A stretch of 64,000 nt of DNA. Source: Candidatus Pacearchaeota archaeon (GTDB lineage: Archaea > Nanobdellota > Nanobdellia > Pacearchaeales > GW2011-AR1). The position numbers and the translations under genes were made by a program. Below, one piece after another: positions 35,042-44,050 of this stretch. Within the stretch, counting starts at the first letter, position 1, and every line of letters starts with the position of its first letter. The notes below the pieces were generated by a model. The model saw nothing but the letters and a program-made list of their open reading frames with translations. It searched no databases and was not told the DNA's origin. The stretch is taken from NCBI GenBank assembly GCA_016866975.1, contig VGKP01000002.1, positions 18,866 through 82,865 on the forward strand, given 5' to 3'.

Positions 35042-35758
35042 TTAGAATTTCCTTTGTGGAGTAAACAATGATCCTAGTGTCCCAATAGGGTCGGCATCGT
35101 ACCAATAAATAACATGATTTCTAATAACCCCTAAATCTCGAGAGAGGTAATCTGGGTGGGTGACTCCTTTATCTGAGAGTTTTTTTCTAAATATTGCAGC
35201 TCTAGGAGATTTACCTTCGGAAAGTTGTACTGCCAAATAAACAATCTCTTCTAGAGCATCAAATTCTTTATCTAGCAAGGAACGAAAATCGTGCTTCCAT
35301 TTCATCCAGTCCTTTTTTCTATTTGGATCTTGGCTCATTGCAACTGGTCTTTGCCGTAATGCATTGTGCATCTGCACAGAATTCTCTAGGAGAGCATTAA
35401 TGCGTTGGGCAGGACTTATCGATTTATCTCTCAAAGAAAATTCTTTATGTAGACCAAAAATATTCGCTAATAAAGAATCTTGGCTAGCATTATACTTCTC
35501 TCTTAATTCATCAAGGTTTTCACCTATAAAGATATTTTGGCAACGATCCCTTACATATTGCAGAGCTAAATTATTTTTTAACTTTGAAGAAAGAGTCATT
35601 AAATCAGGACTATACCCTACAGAGACAGTAGAATATTTAAGAGGTTGAACATACCATGTATGGCTATAATCAAATTTAAAATCAGAGGCAGAGAGACTAT
35701 AAAAAAGCGGTGCAACTGCAATAAATGGCAGGACTTTTCTCATTACGAAACTATGCAA
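35042..35758 (-). CDS. Hypothetical secreted protein (238 aa)
   Basis: N-terminal signal-like helix (VLPFIAVAPLFYSLSA). No catalytic motif recognised. Confidence 0.55.
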   Translation of the reverse strand: MHSFVMRKVLPFIAVAPLFYSLSASDFKFDYSHTWYVQPLKYSTVSVGYSPDLMTLSSKLKNNLALQYVRDRCQNIFIGENLDELREKYNASQDSLLANIFGLHKEFSLRDKSISPAQRINALLENSVQMHNALRQRPVAMSQDPNRKKDWMKWKHDFRSLLDKEFDALEEIVYLAVQLSEGKSPRAAIFRKKLSDKGVTHPDYLSRDLGVIRNHVIYWYDADPIGTLGSLFTPQRKF

Positions 35759-35861
35759 TAAAGATTTATAATCTTATCTAGTATTGGAAGATAAGAGATA
35801 AGCATTATACTTTCATAATGTACTCGGATAGATATAAAAACACTCTCAACTTTATCAAAAT

Positions 35862-37562
35862 ATGGCTCAAGAGGTGTTATGGTCTTTAAGTATTATTCTT
35901 GGTATTGTAGCAATAACCACAGTTATAGCAAGGATGATAAAGCAGCCTCCAATAATCGCATACCTAATTGCAGGGATAATTGTAGGCCCCTTGTTTCTAA
36001 AATTTCTTAGCCCCATCAGTCCATCTGCAGAGATTATTCAAATATTTTCCCATATTGGTGTGGCATTTCTTCTTTTTATAGTAGGTCTATCTCTTGATTT
36101 TAGGGTATTGAAGGAGATAGGAGGCGTTGCAAGCGCGGCAGGGTTTGCAGAAATTCTCTTGACGGGAGTTATAGGGGGATTTATCGCTATAGGTATAGGT
36201 TTCTCTTCATTGACAGCACTTTATATTGGTGCAGCCCTTGCCTTTTCATCTACAGTTGTCGTAGTCAAGATACTCTCAGACAAGAAAGAAATAGATACTC
36301 TCCATGGCCGCATCGCTCTGGGTATACTCATAGTTGAAGATTTTATTGCCAGCATAGCACTGATGTTGGTCCCTCTTTTAAATGAGGGTGGCGGATTGTA
36401 CTCTATTTTGTATAAGGTAGTGATTGTGGTGGCCCTCATAGGAGTAGTTTTCTTGGGAGCCACATTTGTATTAGGCAGATTTATGAATTATCTCTCTAGG
36501 AACCAGGAAGTGCTTTTCTTGTTCGGCATAGCTTGGGCATTGCTTCTTGCATCACTTTTTGATTATCTTGGATTTTCTCTTGAGATAGGGGCATTGATTG
36601 CAGGCATGTCTCTCGCTTCAAGTAAATATACTATGGATCTTGGAAGCAAGATGAAGCCATTAAGGGATTTCTTTGTAGTGTTATTCTTTGTATTCTTCGG
36701 AAGTCAGCTTGCAGGTACCATTTCCTGGAATCTCGTCCAGAATGCAGCCCTTCTTTCATTGTTCATTATAATAGGTAAGCCAGTTATAGTGATGAGTATC
36801 TTGAGGATTTTTGGATATAAGAAAAGGACAAATTTTCTTGCAGGTTCAAGTCTTGCCCAGATAAGCGAGTTCTCACTTATCCTTATACTGTTGGGCTTTA
36901 CTCTAGGTCATGTACCGCAGGAGATTATGAACTTGGCAATTTTGGTAGCGATAATAACTATAGGGATAAGCAGTTATGGGATGTATTATGCACATTCGAT
37001 ATTCAATAAGATAAGCCACATGCTCAATGTATTTGAAGGCAAGAGCCCTCACTCAATTAAGAATGTAGAGAACAATTACGACGTGGTGCTTATAGGCTAT
37101 CATAGGATGGGATACAAGATACTTGGTTCTTTGAAGAAAATAAAATCTCCATTTATAGTGGTCGACCATAATCCCAAAGTCATTCTTTCACTTTCAAAAT
37201 GGGGAGTGAACTGCATCTATGGAGATGCAAGCGATAAAGATTTCTTGAGGCAGCTTGAGTTGCACAAGGTAAAACTGATAATATCCACAATTCCTGAACC
37301 AGAGCCAAACAGAGCAATACAAGAATATCTAAATGAGAATGGAATAAAGTCCGCATTCATAGCGACTGCAGAACAGCCCAGGGAAGCTTTCAGCTTATAT
37401 GATCAAGGAGTTGATTATGTCCTTATTCCTCATCATCTCGGAGGCGAGTATGCTGCCCACATACTTGAGAAATTCAAGACTAACAAGAATCTTTACAAGC
37501 AGCTTGGGAAAAGGCATAGTGAACAGCTTAAGAAAGGCAAGGATCACTCAGAGTATCTTTAA
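35862..37562 (+). CDS. Cation:proton antiporter (CPA2/Kef-type) with C-terminal RCK/TrkA-N domain
   Basis: About 12 TM helices with Na_H-exchanger-like GLSLDF/ALIAGMSLA segments. C-terminal Rossmann VVLIGYHRMGYKIL..DASD. Confidence 0.85.
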   Translation: MAQEVLWSLSIILGIVAITTVIARMIKQPPIIAYLIAGIIVGPLFLKFLSPISPSAEIIQIFSHIGVAFLLFIVGLSLDFRVLKEIGGVASAAGFAEILLTGVIGGFIAIGIGFSSLTALYIGAALAFSSTVVVVKILSDKKEIDTLHGRIALGILIVEDFIASIALMLVPLLNEGGGLYSILYKVVIVVALIGVVFLGATFVLGRFMNYLSRNQEVLFLFGIAWALLLASLFDYLGFSLEIGALIAGMSLASSKYTMDLGSKMKPLRDFFVVLFFVFFGSQLAGTISWNLVQNAALLSLFIIIGKPVIVMSILRIFGYKKRTNFLAGSSLAQISEFSLILILLGFTLGHVPQEIMNLAILVAIITIGISSYGMYYAHSIFNKISHMLNVFEGKSPHSIKNVENNYDVVLIGYHRMGYKILGSLKKIKSPFIVVDHNPKVILSLSKWGVNCIYGDASDKDFLRQLELHKVKLIISTIPEPEPNRAIQEYLNENGIKSAFIATAEQPREAFSLYDQGVDYVLIPHHLGGEYAAHILEKFKTNKNLYKQLGKRHSEQLKKGKDHSEYL

Positions 37563-37572
37563 TAAGGGCTCT

Positions 37573-37796
37573 AGGGAACCTCGGCATCTTAAAGGGAGTT
37601 GACCCACAAGACGTCAGGAATAAAAGATTCCTGAGCGCGCTCAAGGACTTCGTCCTTGACGACCGTAGGTTTCTTAAAGGGAGTTGACCCACAAGAACCG
37701 TAGGTTCTTAGGAAGTTGACCCAAAAGGCCTCAAGAATCTGCCGATTCTTGACGGTCATCAGGGATTATAAATCCCTGAGAGAAACTTGGTTCCCT
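37573..37796 (+). repeat. Expanded composite member (H) of the hairpin-repeat family
   Basis: Closed by AGGGAACC/GGTTCCCT. Contains three tandem units CTTAAAGGGAGTTGACCCACAAGA (37588-37611, 37673-37696, degenerate 37707-37727) and two double-hairpin modules (37614-37659, 37731-37779). Confidence 0.7.
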
Positions 37797-37797
37797 T

Positions 37798-37810
37798 AGG
37801 TTTAAATATC
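37798..37810 (+). promoter_or_regulatory. BRE/TATA-like box (AGGTTTAAATATC) for serS
   Basis: TATA about 29 nt upstream of the serS ATG (37830), implying a leaderless or near-leaderless mRNA. Confidence 0.5.
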
Positions 37811-37829
37811 AGAGATTGCTAGTCGGACA

Positions 37830-39092
37830 ATGCTCGATATCAGGCTGTTCCGTGAAAATCCTCAGATAATCAAAGAGAGTCAAAAGAAAAGAGGAATGCC
37901 TACTGAAGAAGTAGATCTTGTGATGAAGTTGGACAATGAATGGAGGGCGCTCAAAGCAGAAGTTGACCACTTAAGAAATAAGCGCAATCAGGTTTCTAAG
38001 GAAATTAGCGAATTGAAGAAGAAAAGAAAGAAGGCAGACACGTTACTCAAAGAAGCAAAAAAGATTCCGAAGATGCTTATAGAGAAGGAGAACAAGATGA
38101 AGGAGCTTAATGAGAAACGCGACAATATTCTCAAAGAAATACCTAATATCATCGATCAATCTGTTCCACTCGGAGACGCTTCTCATAAAAAAGTCATCCT
38201 CGAGCATGGTAAGAATAAGTCAACATTCACTCATAAAGATCATGCAGATATTCTTGAAGCGCTCGATATGCTCGACACGCAAAAAGCATCTAATGTTGCA
38301 GGATCGCGCTTCTACTACTTGAAAGGTGACCTTGTGAAGCTCAATCTGGCCATTATGAGTTTTGCCTTAGATATCTTGCAGAAGAAAAGATTCACACTGG
38401 TGCAGCCACCGTATATGCTCCGCAAAGCAGCTCTTGAAGCAGCGCTGCCCCTCAAGGCATTTGAGGAAATGATTTATAAAATTGAAGGGGAGGACTTGTA
38501 CTTAATAGGCACTGCGGAGCATGCGCTCAATGCATATGGCATTAATACCACATTCTCACCTGCAGAGCTTCCGCTTCGCCTTGCAGGGATTTCTCCTTGT
38601 TTTAGGAAGGAAGCGGGCTCGCACGGCAAGGACACGAAAGGCATATTTAGGATCCATCAGTTTGAGAAGATCGAACAGTTTATTTTCTGCAAGCCTGAAG
38701 ATTCATGGAGAGAGTTTGATCTCATCCTCAAAAATTCAGAGGAAATTCTCAAGGCTCTTGAAATCCCCTTCCGGTTTGTCATCCTCTCATCTCAAGACAT
38801 GGGGCGCGTTCCTACTAAAACGGTGGACTTTGAAGGTTGGTTCCCAAGCCAGAATGCTTACCGCGAACTGGGGTCATGCTCAAATTGTTTAGACTATCAG
38901 GCGCGGAGGAGCAACACCAAGTATCAGGACAATAATGAATTCACATTCGTGCACACTCTTAATAACACAGCCATTGCAACTGAGCGCATGATGGCTTGCA
39001 TTATAGATAATAACCAGCAGAAAGACGGCACAATAAAGATTCCAGAAGTCCTTCAGCCCTACATGAACGGCAAGAAAGTGATAGGAAATTAA
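37830..39092 (+). CDS. serS: Seryl-tRNA synthetase
   Basis: N-terminal coiled-coil arm (MLDIRLFRENP..), class II motifs (FRKEAGSHGKDTKGIFRIHQFEKIEQF, GSCSNCLDYQARR, TLNNTAIATERMMACIIDN). Confidence 0.92.
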   Translation: MLDIRLFRENPQIIKESQKKRGMPTEEVDLVMKLDNEWRALKAEVDHLRNKRNQVSKEISELKKKRKKADTLLKEAKKIPKMLIEKENKMKELNEKRDNILKEIPNIIDQSVPLGDASHKKVILEHGKNKSTFTHKDHADILEALDMLDTQKASNVAGSRFYYLKGDLVKLNLAIMSFALDILQKKRFTLVQPPYMLRKAALEAALPLKAFEEMIYKIEGEDLYLIGTAEHALNAYGINTTFSPAELPLRLAGISPCFRKEAGSHGKDTKGIFRIHQFEKIEQFIFCKPEDSWREFDLILKNSEEILKALEIPFRFVILSSQDMGRVPTKTVDFEGWFPSQNAYRELGSCSNCLDYQARRSNTKYQDNNEFTFVHTLNNTAIATERMMACIIDNNQQKDGTIKIPEVLQPYMNGKKVIGN

Positions 39093-39139
39093 GAAGAGAA
39101 AACAATTATCTTTAAAAGTGGGCATTCATCTTCTTTGAG

Positions 39140-40576
39140 ATGAATTTTAATTGGATTTTTAATCGTGATGAAAAAGTACCGCTCAATAATGATTCTTCGG
39201 AGAGAGTGGAAGGATTTGAGCACGAGTATGCGATTGAATTTGATGAGATCGCTGATAAAGATGAAAGAGACAACTATATTGTGCAGAAATTACGGGGAGC
39301 GGAGGGCGTTAATGCCCCCAATGTTTATGGTATGCCTGCGCGGCACCGTTTTAATGGAGGAAGAGTGCACATTGATATGAAACATCTTGAAGGGTGTACA
39401 CCAGAAGTTACGAATACATTGGATTTACTGAAATACGATCGAGAGTTAGACCTGTTTGTTCTTGATCTCTTTGGCCCAGCATACAAACCACGAATTTACA
39501 AAATGAGTAGGGACGCTCGCGATACATTTGGCGGACTTCACAGAAACATCATGACTAGGCTTAAACCCGATGTTCGGGACAGAGAATCACTCTTACTTTG
39601 GGCAGTAGTGGAGAAAGTTCTCAATGGAACAGGTTACCAGAATCCTGATGGCCAATACGAACTGCTTCAACGTCGCACATACATAGGAGATGCTCTATCA
39701 GACAACTCTACAGGGGGCAAAGGATCTCGGCCACTTCTTAATCTTAGGGAAGAGAGACACTGTAAGGTAGATGGATGGTACCGTTTTCATGATATTGCAG
39801 GCGATGGTAACATGAATCAGGTAGCACTTGCTCTTAGCCAGGTGCTCTGGAAATGTGTTCTACAGCTAGCAGAAGAAGATAAGCTGCCAAGAATCCCATA
39901 TTATTCAGGAAAGCATTCAAATGAAGCCGTACGCGATATGGATAGCATTTGCTGCCGCCACAGTGACTGGACTCTCAAAGGAACACCTCTTGAATTTAGA
40001 TCTCTCACTTCTGTCTATCGCGAATTCTACAAAGTCATTAGAGGAGAGCTCTATGGTCAGAATACATTTACTGACAAAATAATTGATGTATTTGGAGACA
40101 CAATTCCTGCTCTAGATAATATCAATAATGATCCCTATGCTCTTGCAGGAAGGCTCGATTGGGTGGGAAAGAAATTCATGATTGAATATTTTATGGGTGC
40201 AACAGGAAGAGGTCCTGAAAGCAATGAAGTACAGAGCCTTAATGTAGATTATCACCGTATTGACGAAGGAGGTTTGTTCCATCTTACACGTTTAAACGAT
40301 GGGTGGATTGAGAACGAGGTTTCGGATAAAGAGGCGCGCACCGCCAGAAATACTCCTCCATTGACACGGGCGCATGCACGAGGAGAAATTGCACAAGCAT
40401 TCTCAGAGATTGCCATGAAGAATGGATTATCCATTCTTGTTGACTGGGAATCAATTGCTCTTTACAATAAAAGTACATCTCCTGTCTGGACGTGCAATTT
40501 TCCCAGACCAGCACACACTTATGTTGAATGCGTGAGTGAATTCAAAAGTTTCATCAGTAATTGTTCCAAGGCATAA
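39140..40576 (+). CDS. Pup-ligase/deamidase (PafA/Dop) family protein, divergent paralogue (active-site HENY replaced by HRNI)
   Basis: GFEHEYAIEF, NGGRVHIDMKHLEGCTPE, FGGLHRNI, GSRPLLNLREERH, RFHDIAGDGNM, RLDWVGKKFMIEY, LNVDYHRI, TPPLTRAHARGE, VDWESI. Collinear with PafA motifs as I remember them. Confidence 0.75.
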   Translation: MNFNWIFNRDEKVPLNNDSSERVEGFEHEYAIEFDEIADKDERDNYIVQKLRGAEGVNAPNVYGMPARHRFNGGRVHIDMKHLEGCTPEVTNTLDLLKYDRELDLFVLDLFGPAYKPRIYKMSRDARDTFGGLHRNIMTRLKPDVRDRESLLLWAVVEKVLNGTGYQNPDGQYELLQRRTYIGDALSDNSTGGKGSRPLLNLREERHCKVDGWYRFHDIAGDGNMNQVALALSQVLWKCVLQLAEEDKLPRIPYYSGKHSNEAVRDMDSICCRHSDWTLKGTPLEFRSLTSVYREFYKVIRGELYGQNTFTDKIIDVFGDTIPALDNINNDPYALAGRLDWVGKKFMIEYFMGATGRGPESNEVQSLNVDYHRIDEGGLFHLTRLNDGWIENEVSDKEARTARNTPPLTRAHARGEIAQAFSEIAMKNGLSILVDWESIALYNKSTSPVWTCNFPRPAHTYVECVSEFKSFISNCSKA

Positions 40577-40710
40577 ATTATTACTTTAAAATTCGTGGGG
40601 CCGTGGGTCAGTTTAGCAAAGCTTAAACCTTCGGGAGGTATGCACCTCATACACCAAATAAGCAATATAAACATATAAAATATTAAAAAGGGTTTATATT
40701 TGCCAAATTG

Positions 40711-42177
40711 ATGAAAGACAGGATTACACCTCGCGAAGCATTGGAAAGAAAAGCTGCCCCTCTCGTGTTTTTTGACCATATTCCTCAATATAACCGGAAT
40801 CGAATAATCTCGAGTGAACAGGAGAATGGGCAGAAATTAAGGAAAAAAGTGCATAAGGATTACGAAAAGAAAAGTGGTTGGGAGACCGAATTTACAGCAT
40901 ACTTGTCTGGATTTCTGCCAGATGTGGTGAGTCTTGGGGGAAGGATATATGCAGATGCAAACCATGTAGAGTTTGCACGGGCGGAATGCTCAAGCCCTCT
41001 GGAAGCAGTTGTTCACGAGGATGCTTTTGACAGGTTCGGTTTTAATCTTCTCACAGGCACCTTGAGACTTGTTCGTAAGCTCTATAAGAACAGTATAGAT
41101 TTTGGCAATCCGAAAAGGAATTCTCCTCCTGTAAGCTTCGGCTTCCACGAAAATTACAGCACAAAAATAATGTTTGGCCAAAGCAATCCTTCAGGTTTGT
41201 TGGCATTGGTTCCTCACCTAATATCTCGTACAATCTTTGGGGGTGCAGGATCATTACATAAGGCAAATAAATTTTTAAGGGCCCAGCGCTCTCTCTTTGT
41301 TAATAAATTGTGGAGCTTTAATGCTATCAAGGACGAAAGAGGGATAATCTGCACTCGCGTACAGCCACACACAGAGATTTCTGGTCTTCAGAGGCTACAA
41401 CTTACTTGTGGAGACGCCCTTATATCTCCAGTAAATCGCTTCCTTCTTTATGGCACAACAGCAACGGTAGTTGACCTAATAGAAGATAGGATAATTCCAT
41501 TATGTGATTATGACACAAGCTACGCAGTTGAAGATTTTCATGGAATAACTTATGACCCTGAGAACTATATATTAAGAGGGTTCCCATCTAAGAATTGGAC
41601 TGCTCTGGATGTACAAAGGAGGATTCTTGATAGTGCAATTAAGTCTTACTCGCATAGGGATCCTCAGACAAATGCCATTCTGTTTCTATGGGAAGATACT
41701 CTTAATAAGTTGGAATATGATCCATTTCAGCTTGTTGGAAGGCTAGATGCAATTACCAAGAAAGCATTATATACTTGTCTTGATGAGAGATTTCCAGATG
41801 TCCCTGAAGATTCTTTTTGGCAGATGAGGGGCATAGACATGAATTATCACGATATTAATCCAAACTATAGTATTTTTCAGGTAATGCGTTCCGAGGGGAT
41901 TATGGAGGATTTATATTCCAATAAATTATTTTCATGGTATATGCAAAATCCGCCTCCAAAAACCAGGGCGCATTTTAGGGGCAATCTTGCAAAAATTCTA
42001 ATTAGGGCAAAAGAGGATTTAGCAGTCCTTGATGGAGATGAATGGGATAAATGCGTTCCATTATCAGATATCTACAATATTTATCCGAATCTATGGGATT
42101 TAGATCTTTCTATAGATGACCCGTTTAATTCTTACAATGATCGTCTCACAGAGATAAAGGGAATTTTATCTCATTAA
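40711..42177 (+). CDS. Pup-ligase/deamidase (PafA/Dop) family protein, motifs intact
   Basis: GWETEF, GGRIYADANHVEFARAECSSP, FGFHENYS, SRTIFGGAG, AQRSLFV, RGIICTRVQPH, RLQLTCGDALISP, RLDAITKKALY, IDMNYHDI, PPPKTRAHFRGN. Confidence 0.8.
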   Translation: MKDRITPREALERKAAPLVFFDHIPQYNRNRIISSEQENGQKLRKKVHKDYEKKSGWETEFTAYLSGFLPDVVSLGGRIYADANHVEFARAECSSPLEAVVHEDAFDRFGFNLLTGTLRLVRKLYKNSIDFGNPKRNSPPVSFGFHENYSTKIMFGQSNPSGLLALVPHLISRTIFGGAGSLHKANKFLRAQRSLFVNKLWSFNAIKDERGIICTRVQPHTEISGLQRLQLTCGDALISPVNRFLLYGTTATVVDLIEDRIIPLCDYDTSYAVEDFHGITYDPENYILRGFPSKNWTALDVQRRILDSAIKSYSHRDPQTNAILFLWEDTLNKLEYDPFQLVGRLDAITKKALYTCLDERFPDVPEDSFWQMRGIDMNYHDINPNYSIFQVMRSEGIMEDLYSNKLFSWYMQNPPPKTRAHFRGNLAKILIRAKEDLAVLDGDEWDKCVPLSDIYNIYPNLWDLDLSIDDPFNSYNDRLTEIKGILSH

Positions 42178-42192
42178 CTTAAACGAGCCTAA

Positions 42193-42319
42193 TTATGTCG
42201 GGAACCGATGAAAATCACACCTTTCAAGGTATGGTGGTTCCCGAGCATCTCCAAAAACGAGCGCCTGCAACAAACCTCGGCTTTTAAGCCGAGGTGGCGC
42301 ATCGTTTTTGTGATATTTA
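42193..42319 (+). repeat. Nested-hairpin repeat, copy E (variant stems)
   Basis: TTATGTC-CGGGAACC-gatgaaaatc-..-GGTTCCCG-agcatctcc-AAAAACGAGCGCC-tgcaacaaa-CCTCGGC-ttttaa-GCCGAGG-t-GGCGC-atcgTTTTTG. Inner stem changed on both arms relative to A/B. Confidence 0.8.
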
Positions 42320-42849
42320 TATATACATAGAAGAAATTGATGATGGAAATAGATATAATTCAGGTAATGAGTGATTAAGATGGAAAATGTTCTCTTGAAA
42401 ATCAGGCAGAACTTAAACAAGTTACAATTAGGAGAATTTATTATTGCAGAGATCTGTTAAGGTTCTTAGATGAAAGTAACAGGACAAATGTCTATATTCT
42501 TGATGGATTTTTTATCTTTCAAGGAAGGTCCAGATTACGGGCCAGATTTTGTTACAGAGACAGCAACTGAAACCATAAAGGGGAGAGATGCATCCCCATT
42601 TATTCTCCGGTGCGCAAACTCACCTCAAGAGAAAAAAGCAAGAGAATTTGGCGTGAAATTTTTATAAGAGGTTTTCACAATAATGGAAAAGTTTTGCAGA
42701 GAGTTCAGCAACTTCTTCAAAATGCCAATAAAAACCAAAATTCAAGGAAAAATCACTTCAGCATCCAGCATTTATGCCTAGAAAAGGCAAAGACTCCAAT
42801 CAACAGCTGTCTTTATTTTAAATAAATTAAAAAGTAAGGAAATGTGTTT

Positions 42850-43074
42850 TTATTCAGTTATTTTATCGATGATTGCAAGCACAGCTCCCACTATTGTAAG
42901 GACTACAACAATCCATCCTGCGACTTGAGTTGTGGTCTCTAATTCAGGTATATACAATACTCCCTCGATCATTCCAAATCCTACAGCAAGTGATACCAAT
43001 ATTCCAGTTATCCAGAGTATTACGCCTAGAAGGATAGTAAGTGCCCGATTAGATCCTCTTCCATTTTTTGCCAT
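42850..43074 (-). CDS. Hypothetical small membrane protein (74 aa, two TM helices)
   Basis: Clean ORF, GGAGG-like SD (aggaggtg) upstream, strongly hydrophobic. Confidence 0.6.
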   Translation of the reverse strand: MAKNGRGSNRALTILLGVILWITGILVSLAVGFGMIEGVLYIPELETTTQVAGWIVVVLTIVGAVLAIIDKITE

Positions 43075-43198
43075 TATTCACCTCCTCAATATTAAGTAAT
43101 GTTCTAAATATATAAGGGTTCCTATTGCTATCGTCAACGCTCGTAGAAATCCTCTACCTATAGGTAGAGGTTAAAATTGGAATGATTTTCTCTGGAGA

Positions 43199-43258
43199 CA
43201 CAAAACCTCAAGCAAGTCCAGGCATTTAAGCCGAGGTTAAAACCCGAAGGGTTTTGTG
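43199..43258 (+). repeat. Degenerate fragment (G) related to hairpin 2 of the repeat family
   Basis: CACAAAACC..GGTTTTGTG outer stem enclosing CCTC[aagcaagtccag]GCATTTAAGCCGAGG (compare copy E CCTCGGCTTTTAAGCCGAGG). Confidence 0.35.
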
Positions 43259-43437
43259 ACTTTCAAAAAGCAGGCTGGCTATAAACTCCAAACTATTTAG
43301 AATAACATTAATTATCAAAATCCATTTTGTGATTTGTTAGATAGAAAATAGTGTGAGAAAATTACGGAAATTAAAGTTTTTTTCGTATAATTTGAAGTCA
43401 TAAAAGGTTTTATAAAATAAATTAAACTAAATAAAAT

Positions 43438-43953
43438 ATGAATGAATTTTTCAAAATAACAAAAGGAAAGCTAATCGCTTTTGGAGTTTTATTACTATTA
43501 GCTATCTATTTATGGGTGCCTGCCCCATATGCAGGGAACATTGTACAATTTCTAGGAGTATTTGGTGAAATATTAGGTAAAATTTCAATAATGATAAATT
43601 TCCCAATAGTCTTCCTATATGGGATTTTTTATAAATATAATCTTGTATTTTTTCTCTTGACACTAATTTATAACTATGTTATTATATGTTTAGTTGCAAA
43701 AATATTCAAAAAATATAATCCAGATTTACGTCTATTCCTAATAATTTTTGTAATATTGGAAATTTTAGCTTATGTTATTGGTTCATTTTACACTTGGAGA
43801 GCCGAATGCTTACCTTGTCGTATTGGCCATGAATGCCCGCCATGTCCATCTGGTAACTATGCTAATTTCTTCTTATTGGCAGGCATGATTCCAAATCTAA
43901 TACTTTCTTTTGTTATATCTACTCTTATTAAAAAATATAAAAAGAGAAAATAG
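43438..43953 (+). CDS. Hypothetical integral membrane protein with CxxC pair (CLPCRIGHECPPC)
   Basis: Very AT-rich, 5 hydrophobic helices. No family recognised. Confidence 0.5.
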   Translation: MNEFFKITKGKLIAFGVLLLLAIYLWVPAPYAGNIVQFLGVFGEILGKISIMINFPIVFLYGIFYKYNLVFFLLTLIYNYVIICLVAKIFKKYNPDLRLFLIIFVILEILAYVIGSFYTWRAECLPCRIGHECPPCPSGNYANFFLLAGMIPNLILSFVISTLIKKYKKRK

Positions 43954-44050
43954 GAAAGGACTCTTCAATTATCTCAATCACTTGCCTACTCGAGATTTTT
44001 CCCTTAGGCAATGTTTGCACTAAGATTTCATCCAAATTTCGCTCCATCTC

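Noticed and set aside
37573-37829. T-box-like or other cis-regulatory leader of serS
   Set aside because: The consensus TATA box (37801-37808) lies downstream of the structured composite and about 29 nt from the ATG. The serS mRNA is therefore probably leaderless, and the composite is outside it. No tRNA-acceptor or specifier pairing logic is evident.
42470-42825. Two overlapping small ORFs downstream of the PafA/Dop-like pair as candidate Pup-like modifiers
   Set aside because: Neither ends in GGQ/GGE or Gln/Glu. Composition is not acidic or disordered like Pup. They overlap each other in different frames, and there is no promoter box at the right distance. Probably non-coding.
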